Of a DNA stretch of 64,000 nt, positions 61,101-64,000 are shown one piece after another. A model generated the notes under the pieces. It did no database searches. It had not been told where the DNA came from and saw nothing but the letters and a program-made list of their open reading frames with translations. A program made the position numbers and the translations under genes. Source of the stretch: Candidatus Omnitrophota bacterium (lineage in GTDB: Bacteria > Omnitrophota > Gorgyraeia > 2-01-FULL-45-10); assembly GCA_026387175.1 (NCBI GenBank), contig JAPLME010000012.1:69849-133848 (forward strand), written 5' to 3'. Every line of letters begins with the position of its first letter. The stretch's first letter is position 1.

Positions 61101-64000
61101 GCACGATGAATTTGTAGCGAAGTTTGACGAGTCCGAATGGGCCAAGTTCACTTTGGACGAGATAACCGTGATGTCGAACCGCGCGAAGGAGTTCGCGACG
61201 CTTCTCCAGAAAAAGGGCCTTTACCTCTTCGGCGACATGAAAGACAAGGGTATCCTAAGCCTCATAGCGAGCCTTATTAAAGTAAACGGCTGGGAAGGAA
61301 AGATGCCGTCGGTGGTCGATACGGTCGCCGCTGTATCGCCAGCTGTGAACAAGTTCTACGGCGAAGTGACGGCCAAAGAGATAGCGAGTACACCAGAAGG
61401 CGCCAAGCTGAAGATGCTTTCCGGGTTAGTGAGCACGGAATCCGACAAAGAGAAGCTGGAATTTTATAAGAATGAATACAGTAAAACCCTTAAAGAGGCA
61501 AAAGAATCGCTAGCGCTCGGCAGGGCCATCTCGTGGGCACGTTTTGTGCTGGACAGGAACCTCGCCCCCGAAGATATGGATATGATGTTCCGCAGATTAT
61601 CCAATCTATCCGCTATAGATAAATACCTGATCGGGACAAAATCCGAGAAAGAGGGGCAGAAGATCGCCATAGTGATAGATCTGGTTACAAATCATAGGGT
61701 CTACAAAGATTTCTTCAATAAAGATGGCACTGTCAAAGATGAGGCGAAGGTTAAGAAGCTGTTTAGTATCTTCGGCAATCTTTCGGCTCTTGACCCTACG
61801 CTAAAAGCTTACGGGTATGCGGCACCTTCCGAGAGAAACGGAATGAAGATAGCGATCGCAAGGGATATCGCCCTTCAGACCGATGCCGATGCATGGAGCG
61901 CGTTTTTTGACTTAGAGGGCCGTATTATAAATCCCGGCAATGTGGATAAGCTGGTTAAATCCTTTACCAATATCTTTGTCCTCGATAGCCTGGGTTATCT
62001 CAAAAACGCAGGCTACGCGAAAAAATCCGATAAAGAAGGTGTGAGAATGGCCATAGCCAGAGACCTGGTCCTGAGGCCAAACGCTTGGAAGAGCTTCTTC
62101 GATCCTGACGGCAATATAGTCGATCAAGAGAAGGTCAAAACTTTATTCAATGTGATACTACCTAACATTGCCAAAGGCCTCGTTTCCGAAAAGATCGAGG
62201 TGCCCGGCACTGAATATGAAAAGACCGGATATATCATGGCCATAGCCAGAGACCTTGTAGAATATCCGCAGAAATGGTCGGGTTTCTTTGACGCAAAAGG
62301 CAACATAATAAAAGAAAATAATTATGTCAAAACCCTGTTCGAGGTTATTCTAAAGAATAAAGATATTCTAGAGAGTTACATGCTTCATATAGACGATAGA
62401 AAAAAAGGATCGACAGGATTTTATACAAAATCCTCTCGGCTTGAGAGAAGCGGTATGCTTACTCCGATGGCGAGAGACCTTACTACTACAGGCATAGATT
62501 CGAAAGAAAAACTGATAGAAGAGCTGGATTACAGAAAAGAGATTTTCAAGGCAGCGAATTCAAACGACGTAAAGTTATTTGATGAGCACCTTCCTTATCT
62601 TTCCGTATACACCAGGAAAGTATTTAAAGAATACGGAGACATATATAAAGACAAGACAGGAAAAGAGCTTACTCTGGACATACTGTTTAAGAATATCGCT
62701 TATGCTCGAGATACGGTCTATCCGATGGCAGGAAAAGATCTCTTAGAAGATTTGAAGGGTAAGCGCGAAAGTTGGGAGACAGATAGCGAAAGAAAGGCAC
62801 TGCTTAAACACATTGAGATGCTTAGGAATGAAGAGATAAATTTTGAATCGGCGGTTTATCTTGGCACAAAATATATGGTCTTAAAAGGCTATACGATAGA
62901 AGACGATAAGAGTAAGGAAACATATTTCCAGGAAGTCAAAAACAGGTTATATTTCCAGGCCGTGTATATGGCCAATAATGAAAATGAAAGATTGCAGCAA
63001 GGCGAGATAGGCCAGCTGCTTACTTTCCGTGCAACGGATAACTATAGCAGAATAGACATGGGTAAATTCATAAAATATGCGTCTGTATTCATCAGGAAAG
63101 AAAAAGAACTGTTAAATTCATTAGTTAAAAAGTTCGGGGAAGAGGCAATGGGAGCGTATCAATTTGCCACTAGAGGCCAGCGGTCCGGATTTATTACCTA
63201 TATGCATCGCAAAGGCTGGGACCAGAAAAAGATGGACGAGATATTTAAAGATATCGAATTCATCCAGATGGAAGAATACACTGCCACAAGTAATAAAAAG
63301 TTTATCGGATGGGAGAATATATTCCCTGTTCTTTATCAGTTGCGCGGTGATGGTGATAAGCCGCTCGATATGTGGGAGCAAAAACGCGCGCACCTCAGGT
63401 TCCAAAGCACTTTTAAACAGGATTACGCATTTATGTACGCAGGGCCTTATGAACCGCTCGCTCAGCTTATGAGAAAATGGAAGGGTGACTTTGGTGAGTT
63501 GCCATCCGCGGCTGAAAGATCGGATACTTTAAAAGTCATGGGTCTCTTGCCCGAAAAATTGCGTGATGATAATACGGAATTGCCCGAGACAAGGCTCCGT
63601 CAGGCTAAGTTAGGCGAATTCACCGAAGAGCTTGGCAGTATATATAAATCATTCGCTGTTCTCATGGCAGGACCTGTTTATGAAAAGGATATGAATGCAG
63701 ATATCCTGGCCGGACTAGAGGAACCTTGGAAAGATATGAGAGAATTTGTTGGCGATAAACTCATGAGATTTATCACCGACAAAACAGACCGATACTACAG
63801 GATAGAAGATAATCATGAAAGGCTGAACTTAAAGGAAGAGACATTAAGGCACTATCGGTATGAACTAAAGGATGAAAAGAAGAATAGGGAGAAAGGGAAT
63901 ACCGACATTCTATTGGATCCGGCCAGAAGAGCGGAAGCCATTGCCAGGCTGCAGAGGAAAGCCGAGGAGAAGACACCAGAGAAAGAAAGTTATAAGATAA
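43189..64000 (+). CDS. Giant multidomain protein (at least 6,937 aa; 3' end beyond window)
   Basis: ATG 43189 after AAGAGGG (alternative ATG 43258). I found no in-frame stop while translating by eye. The track lists no long + strand ORF here, consistent with a frame that never closes in the window. Signal-like KIWMRAIAVILVVTFINQDIIWA; recognisable domains all lie in this one frame. Confidence 0.93.
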   Translation, partial: MDIRNDEKTIDSAREELGSKSLIMDLQSPRHKIWMRAIAVILVVTFINQDIIWAQDGAPVWSKGQNGSFSFKPPVNVNSPINVPKDVAVTKEVYTAPGDKTIINIQDAHSSLGAQESIASVLDSLVTNYDLKLIAIEGSSGYIDTSILRAFSNENVRKGTASYLVKEGRMSAGEFFTVTSNKPVALYGIEDKPLYQENLEQFRAVYQANSEIRKDIENLLSSLKTLQDKIYSQELKDLTTNSVLHKDGKLTFTERWSLVKALADRTGSDYKRYENLTKLVESLKLEKDISFEKANKERDSLIDALSKKASKQDLEQIVLKSLSYKTGKISHGEYYVFLQEQAEKAGIDAEPYKNLISYTNYITLYESIDLTAIFEEVRDFEDQIKEKLFTGEDQKKLYEITKCMEYLRDIFDLKLTNGDFEYLAKNIEHCNAGFVASFIRDASIKYGVTIDTDYDLGKIFGALPQAMDFYRTAEKRNHTILANTIATMKERNQNVAALITGGYHSQGITELLRQNRTSYIVILPKFDASKGERPYVAILTNKSAPYEKLLKSGQYFIATSAYLAGISKLNEDVNNLPAGKDSKELINSSEFKELRARLADSLIASLLQSVTGAAGVDAAVLAFKKRQQVNLLGAGREMKAAVEQYLRDYTMLLEREGAGFRDANVKPLSPEVLQELVREVILDYAGFDISAEEPTEAKGLATEKVIPLVEERIKGLTKRIEVLEDQDKQAKIDKIIDIVKSAANLESSDWKEKVATAVATELRRKGLGTEEQDNITNRIITDLEQQAVAAAKPVVVAVPAAQTPAVPMVLSQAPTAVEPAALPAPTMLDQGGKDLAGKLAEAIGKQLDIIEENMNGIPWGEKNLSADTMKKLQQMKEAGLGITKIIDQTAKNIDLSPHQRALIDTISRGGEIKFYDLKNGIAPLVSYLDMIIKDENAHELLTKILERCKQTVSYLKRASFENEPMAVLTIRISGEELNFVQLRDWKKEPPETPEEWKGKLAQDGLNAREIDAKLKELADKTVIAPTPPIKPTPTVSESAAQRVILDFSSKNAKLAFDALIETLKTETVDTEKAIIDSMIPKNSTPDQPTTVLHLAGAEQRGFNDFLRNEVEVKRNAKLIGLDLNYSLADEEKKLFIGDITGDNSRKIADGSVNTIISVNFFNAECYKLYEKARETPLSETDYYINIAAEIYRMLRNGGKLYIAGSSVTSEFEKAFKAESFKMMPLDDTMPGFYEIIKIAKAGPETPGGPSERVGSVAGETPVAPPAVQAAQRILVEVCGKAGYPFVNILLTFILTLFILVSSSVYSIAAPARTVPGGPQIKLAQAVKMPTAVRTKAPVKAQPAPVQAVKPPSLVAEKQFALDQKKLRDAIDTYFAKMASSQYFMYRAPRLNSESKMIENPLLIDAFVNNRGKLALKDFRGVPGLENMPETRIDNINRIIDEIWRSVDKTALPEYIKGKLVLDRKTGRLSPVEELQKTLFALSVLAPDTYEYLKNDNAPIVLVDTDWFSGATKGDTFFGMIARNPRGVKIELSSRNNTVKRVGTAVHEAIHRKRGDVATGYFSLYLKTLGRIRELFVSLPSFEKEPIKKQQDFYKKELLINVSAEVLNNAYLSQRWWLGLIGVMAWVLTIITPAVLIAKLIVSLVSSKKEGAGRRPGPTTFMLAFILPLIATGLAGLPVIGQQVNNFAGMLFSPIPLPEIAPGEKVAAKKKAGSDVQTIVDRTIGKFYAGINAPPVVLDNNLFDRFCAFDPEDGTIHISPRAYDPKTGRVIEEVRLFHLPHEAFHYALQMTPINKNEKAHEIAATYLALLNIITNRSSLTKLINAANPVDGREVSAGMKGIVKYFESFGFDVKNINNYRALLSALNVDGLRGIASYLASTNPDFRNISDRDMASAVRLISSKPQDGIFKPLKKLDALGINKKGYLANPYLYADKLVRFEDAGVKLSAKNLSLLSLGRDNIKPYVEIALASGINPNDMTLAILRAQKAEVAVPAAAPAILLEEAKAPAPVEPAELQLPAAIPPVVEIIPGETDIQKKALQVFGEVRGIPAEKLSYRKGQIEAVEAMKEGKFAELRTGGGKTLTEGVTALEVLNDPIRQTVWPGEKVLIMTHEDNLTEQAMVKDKMGAILSKCGAVTGFILPKVMANGSVAEIGVIFENGVEVESEAAIDKVFERCDIIYGKWDRFVHRNMKERLGTDTLEMNTNKYFTLFDEADLMLVFGSATPCIISGKDMDDAEKRLAVRKGINSIVKEMVLKNQKRYLYIPQGTREAYLTDSGEQAIEKKIRELYKDNEYKELLDIAVKNWKIFAMDALQANLFYKVDEQYFLRTDEKGKVIGVDVCDTDTKARKTGMSFGEGLQQAIEISAGVADANLTPETYTSMSMAIGNFLSRDIITDYAGASGTMEKERFENMYMDKHGKIKTVLKIEGESQTLDKSAGHTGFNTREEKWAALIDRLPAKMSLGQPILIKIESDAEMAELKKYIEANMASMLAERGTIINLASGRNAAEFTENIAKAGYGNVITIVTNIAHRGIDIEIKGRFLNNDGTEGAKVPPIDKDAPGLHVISTYLDEPEAFEIQTQGRADRGANKGSWEGLFSLDEKIFTEHVTLLDQQIAALRNAVGKGDKTAIDGLMAADGRTVRLGLIAEIRDRIVSEQSRNDEKRREYENEVFAYQEKILGLLNITTSRDEFIKFLKAIGAYDGIVNNLKEGETIDEKIAVLAQLTVSVLTDEMSKFQTEQQVIRKRLDYLAREARLGLRPALIQFNKEIANLALLARTFDARIKDAKAFVSAIIAQDMGDKVENVAETGKRSLRDLISTNFIKTFASIIMIVGAGFLTAKYGFSSLADSILQPLVTLLTAHPLLAGIAAAMMLISAVYLKQLYGKKIGVLDTSNTEFLRFTVGVGRGNFFKAFGRWTGIMALQILAGPGLFVGAGTLIAAIAHPILAVGSVALPLALVTVTLALAANITLIAIFKSKLETVRDITPTRFQSGFNTFVRALAISIGVVFALQMAGGILATTLISLGFIVVTAVVAGLVARSIENRSYRAKLPVFIGGAYGIIAAVGLIVLSAIFGTPAVFSSALIMPLISIPVAVIGIAMMILQVVQARKVALEAERAGQSYWRTLAESFVPNSRNILMYAMSLPAVFILFSGAVPALIFVGAVGFGTLLINKYSVNIEKMTGRKMSETISGMAGQAIMLSAGAAPMVAYPQAAYSAQVESLKAGLKQGAMDRAAIAAAETIGKYSPKQFSGFERLSNNISSVFDDIMNGKAVVAPETLQITAPAAPQVTEKAIEEQVKPKEKPQVGETPGGGTAGQGPAAGPGAGGIPPPPPVIPEVQPAPEQISPVPTPVRMEKPDLASVLKDARESNLAVAKLVSPLANFINQGNVISNVGGPTDNPNILIIRNILKALDYNLDGEAVAALQEKHNLAKQDGKIGRETMAALIGELLALDNSADVAKTISKNTAMEIASLREKAAEVEKKQFAGAAGVNQAGANPKLLDNMAALQEEIYAKYGWRFYKLSVVRTKEREAMVVKKHYKDLKYKDSEKIAELADYIIDPANSLLPADEANQLKARYPDVERLINNSPHVRGIAMDIYLIDENGIVRDSHVSANRYMYDIVGKLAAEKYGMIYGGNFKGLFKDDTMHFQLDPRNLAIELAKEEAAAAKEPKKVTKKAMERKPRAGLDEAFKRIENWAGKVAATVKSAADKLTLTPMGFPIWGTSAACSPSNGEYLIAGGPLGSIGKADKCYVFGREGIIAPHASFLALDVAPAEAMWNIDEMIKLYPQVLGKYGMYDSVNAKNEQSSRQYVAVNQAMSFIAMVNCLKGGVIQDRFASNAAIKKSISLLNETFDKIETPAGLSLDRNISSEDRNRLLSIAQKTWDYFKDNVNESTNWLPPNMIDSRGAAVKHTSITDIGLYLTSIVGAKELGLIDEAEARTRIINTINTLKKLDKWNGLYRNYYHTDDLKSVTKGDRHISTVDNGWLAAGLIIAGETFPGLQAETANIVMNMKFDKLYDAKEQKFANGYDEDTGLTKSHYGLIYTEIRPALLIAIAKGDIPKEAWLKTSKTLPEAWDWQAQKPKEGYYEHRVKTGVGVETAHFIPSWNGTMFEGLMPNMILNNRTLSPNGYAKQDAMYVFLQKYFATGFREVAPPVTETPTPVTQPQVAPAPAAPEKGEIPQFADLANALKYARENNPAVAILISRPSNFINQGNVIKRTKSPGIDPNTKVIQGALISLGYDLPKYKDDGIYWTETEAAVRKFQEDHRLAKRDGKVGRETMTSLIRELLLRESKARPTPIETAVTPVAPSAKPIVIAAPKPAVTAVPSPAKPAVTVPQAKPTVTAVPRPAEPAVAIAPAKPAVSVVPSSAKPAVTAAPKLAKPQVSPAPETAVAATPAELKAARQALFRKKGEYGAELSKATRKLDELKEVKVRASAQISGNLKELDRETIPAGALVPTGPQRRVSFRDASENSTASADAEMKRLRITRQELLAKRTSRLYWPEVIGFAGIGFPGAAFVGVTVSHWLKYPGRETIVESAEMKTERAKQEEALFKRQLLFGLTRAFGLCQIAEKELDAAQVSYKTSLEALKTALAQFEKGELTKGELENLKAKQNEANVRYLKAQQASRNARELVKSLAGYDVREGVEIDTSVSPDKEFARELEKLEDRNRQPRILLKVLGIKDQTLNTLFAMEQRNTAVKLNARATLNLGAVTSANFGVGFEITLGKDVDLQLRQLEERLAEGKYIQELRNMYLESAELMHGLKLYNDTLARLVKIAKNAREKAEEDKVKAKNNIISQDDYLKKELEAIRAEVLVKQFKALIKNVRSMLAELGIESNDIPRNLSEENMLVAAKELMRRRANESILYLKALKTPESTLRKIDENVNNLLADRSFYREATNRWVVEEAEIFEKIQKRIVSEEIMKNKSLKERVQTLSAGYTYTREQAVAQQTLSTGQAPIGGGGGAPIIQPWPSTAVSSTGAAPSAGSNPSTGAAPSEPSAATTSGTLSMGAVIRVADPAFKARIAYRGSLQEMFNAYVRAAKSDQMIEAERAQIDEELLKFELREAKKRLDLAVRLRELRDRQDKDQKVRIDAAGKDFDVHNNELQAKNDVADLERRLKEIQFKYSVRKSSLKYGVDLTAEVDKLIKTLESIDRVVDIADKGEPYDLSITGENNIKNKSWWIGLQLPFPIWFTSRWAAKKINVKQVKKDQQLEQEKAASVIIGWINDDLKTDNDLTTAKANVKGAEEMIAKITKELDRLKGKGSREDIVLRIEMDLARSRMALENAKGVLKKAGLVKERSKKILTALDNSLRRTDDVLMESPSVTKLKDFAREALSQKRRGDKISITWEKFKELAEKNAVPVKIATTEKEKSELELTKKKLTARLPYLFLGAPYAPGAGNDTFRYGLTAYTDPSRWFELTNPAIKEARLEDMIKQLDSEKEKLNTRLDIDGAYGAYRVALVKAESLKSILKKMREQRSRMEAHTRIYPESGGEAVNRYDVLIADTEKTLRDTTAQINDLKIKMMNMLQSVGDIDFKDESGRSVGLEKVDFDAIWPKIEAGHPDIKALKLRIDKEEVSARAVLRDNWWTELSISLVNSEKLTPGLNLVLNVRLNPSYWENNAEKIRVKEVKEELRKNLFELRRKIDDSISRRANLIASIKLAEGVYKERARMVVEERKNYLNTTIPTDKLREREYDLLEAQKEYFAQLAELRTIDAQLKDIVEKVGGRIEETGVEEVRKDIVRTEELSNDFADLGAQIAMAEQARRVASRGIKWVDKALNRLSKGITPEDDLAAALVKTMEKSASIEVNAANLKEAGYISREKMAEIAVLMGMPKTRAQELERVQDLLRVVFDRYRKAHNMTKDEMSAYIGNFIYFARTILPKVKTIETLPEFVGTQFAFVDRDETLSYKKLGLVSYYARRATLLLSPGYSCEGKGQGAARDTLVKKEAPEDIKFLNMYDRMAKGGTLTAADYEQYIKWHDEFVAKFDESEWAKFTLDEITVMSNRAKEFATLLQKKGLYLFGDMKDKGILSLIASLIKVNGWEGKMPSVVDTVAAVSPAVNKFYGEVTAKEIASTPEGAKLKMLSGLVSTESDKEKLEFYKNEYSKTLKEAKESLALGRAISWARFVLDRNLAPEDMDMMFRRLSNLSAIDKYLIGTKSEKEGQKIAIVIDLVTNHRVYKDFFNKDGTVKDEAKVKKLFSIFGNLSALDPTLKAYGYAAPSERNGMKIAIARDIALQTDADAWSAFFDLEGRIINPGNVDKLVKSFTNIFVLDSLGYLKNAGYAKKSDKEGVRMAIARDLVLRPNAWKSFFDPDGNIVDQEKVKTLFNVILPNIAKGLVSEKIEVPGTEYEKTGYIMAIARDLVEYPQKWSGFFDAKGNIIKENNYVKTLFEVILKNKDILESYMLHIDDRKKGSTGFYTKSSRLERSGMLTPMARDLTTTGIDSKEKLIEELDYRKEIFKAANSNDVKLFDEHLPYLSVYTRKVFKEYGDIYKDKTGKELTLDILFKNIAYARDTVYPMAGKDLLEDLKGKRESWETDSERKALLKHIEMLRNEEINFESAVYLGTKYMVLKGYTIEDDKSKETYFQEVKNRLYFQAVYMANNENERLQQGEIGQLLTFRATDNYSRIDMGKFIKYASVFIRKEKELLNSLVKKFGEEAMGAYQFATRGQRSGFITYMHRKGWDQKKMDEIFKDIEFIQMEEYTATSNKKFIGWENIFPVLYQLRGDGDKPLDMWEQKRAHLRFQSTFKQDYAFMYAGPYEPLAQLMRKWKGDFGELPSAAERSDTLKVMGLLPEKLRDDNTELPETRLRQAKLGEFTEELGSIYKSFAVLMAGPVYEKDMNADILAGLEEPWKDMREFVGDKLMRFITDKTDRYYRIEDNHERLNLKEETLRHYRYELKDEKKNREKGNTDILLDPARRAEAIARLQRKAEEKTPEKESYKI
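43486..44760 (+). other. Giant-protein domain: TIKI/TraB-ChaN-EreA-like N-terminal domain
   Basis: IINIQDAH, LIAIEG, LYGIED, FY..AEKRN..I, AALITGGYH..GI. Confidence 0.55.
46450..46860 (+). other. Giant-protein domain: class I SAM methyltransferase-like (degenerate motif I)
   Basis: TVLHLAGA, LIGLDLN, FIGDI, IADGSVNTIISVN, EIYRMLRNGGKLYI. Confidence 0.6.
47640..48620 (+). other. Giant-protein domains: two HExxH zincin-like modules separated by two TM helices
   Basis: VHEAIH at 47821-47838; PHEAFH at 48523-48540 with downstream HEIAA; hydrophobic helices at about 48030-48120 and 48165-48225. Confidence 0.55.
49320..51250 (+). other. Giant-protein domain: divergent SecA-like ATPase
   Basis: AELRTGGGKTL, CDIIYG, FDEAD...TPCIISG, EGLQQAIE, AGASGT, GQPIL, ITIVTNIAHRGIDI, GLHVIST, QTQGRADRG, FSLDE, in SecA order. 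Confidence 0.85.
51640..52800 (+). other. Giant-protein domain: polytopic membrane bundle (about 10-12 TM helices)
   Basis: Consecutive hydrophobic ~20-aa stretches with short basic loops. Confidence 0.8.
53245..53520 (+). other. Giant-protein domain: peptidoglycan-binding (PG_binding_1-like) repeat 1
   Basis: AVAALQEKHNLAKQDGKIGRETMAAL. Confidence 0.7.
53640..54123 (+). other. Giant-protein domain: M15 zinc peptidase (L-Ala-D-Glu endopeptidase/Ply500-CwlK-like)
   Basis: SVVRT, SPHVRGIAMDI (SxHxxGxAxD), YGMIYGGNF, DTMHFQL. Confidence 0.8.
54320..55610 (+). other. Giant-protein domain: glycoamylase/DUF3131-type beta-1,2-glucanase-like domain, circularly permuted
   Basis: WGTS, IAPHASFLAL, GKYGMYDSVN and NQAM come before TWDYF, TSITDIG, STVDNGWL, YTEIR, KGDIP and PSWNGTMFEGLMP. 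Confidence 0.75.
55723..56037 (+). other. Giant-protein domain: peptidoglycan-binding (PG_binding_1-like) repeat 2
   Basis: IQGALISLGY...DDGIY..ETEAAVRKFQEDHRL..DGKVGRETM; shares NFINQGNVI with repeat 1. Confidence 0.85.
56060..56365 (+). repeat. Pro/Ala/Val/Lys-rich linker with KPAVT-type repeats inside the giant ORF
   Basis: AKPIVIAAPKPAVTAVPSPAKPAVTVPQAKPTVTAVPRPAEPAVAIAPAKPAVSVVPSSAKPAVTAAPK. Confidence 0.85.
56560..60330 (+). other. Giant-protein domain: six tandem TolC/OEP-like half-repeats
   Basis: Six amphipathic beta-hairpins spaced about 200-230 aa apart between long coiled-coil helices; OEP-like motifs YWPEV, FEKGELT, WWIGLQLPFPIW, HPDIKAL. Confidence 0.65.
61590..62480 (+). repeat. 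~62-66-aa tandem protein repeat (4 full copies plus 1 partial) in the giant ORF
   Basis: Consensus (E/D)xxGxxxAIARDLVxxxxxWxxFFDxxGxIxxxxxVKxLF, starting at 61645, 61831, 62029 and 62218, partial at about 62443. Confidence 0.85.

Noticed and set aside
43264-63976. Dozens of short minus-strand ORFs and a few short plus-strand ORFs in the track
   Set aside because: They are shadows of the giant + strand ORF, which carries all the recognisable motifs.
63997-64000. Terminal ATAA as the stop of the giant ORF
   Set aside because: The frame reads TAT AAG ATA A, so the TAA is out of frame and the gene continues.

Overview
Bacterial chromosomal window with almost all genes on the + strand. Gene content suggests a PVC-superphylum organism, probably Candidatus Omnitrophota (inference). 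Bases 1-31.4 kb hold housekeeping and accessory genes. These include signalling proteins, an acyl-CoA dehydratase activase pair, a cobalamin riboswitch controlling a CbpA/CbpB radical-SAM peptide system, minor pilins, amtB-glnK, ispH, two tRNA-Arg genes, tadA, an orphan ParA/coiled-coil cluster and a TPR protein. Bases 31.5-42.8 kb hold a ROK regulator, a Zn-finger-like ORF, TolC, a membrane fusion protein and two RND transporters. The main feature is absent from the supplied ORF track: a giant + strand ORF starting at 43189 that is still open at the window end (at least 6,937 codons). By my manual translation it contains, in order: signal peptide, TIKI/ChaN/EreA-like domain, SAM-methyltransferase-like domain, two HExxH zincin-like domains, a divergent SecA-like ATPase, a bundle of about 10 TM helices, a peptidoglycan-binding domain, an M15 peptidase, a circularly permuted beta-1,2-glucanase-like domain, a second peptidoglycan-binding domain, a Pro/Ala linker, six tandem TolC half-repeats (a possible single-chain TolC channel) and an unrecognised ~63-aa repeat. 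The domain order follows cytoplasm, inner membrane, periplasm, outer membrane. All domain calls are by-eye motif recognition and need HMM or structure confirmation.
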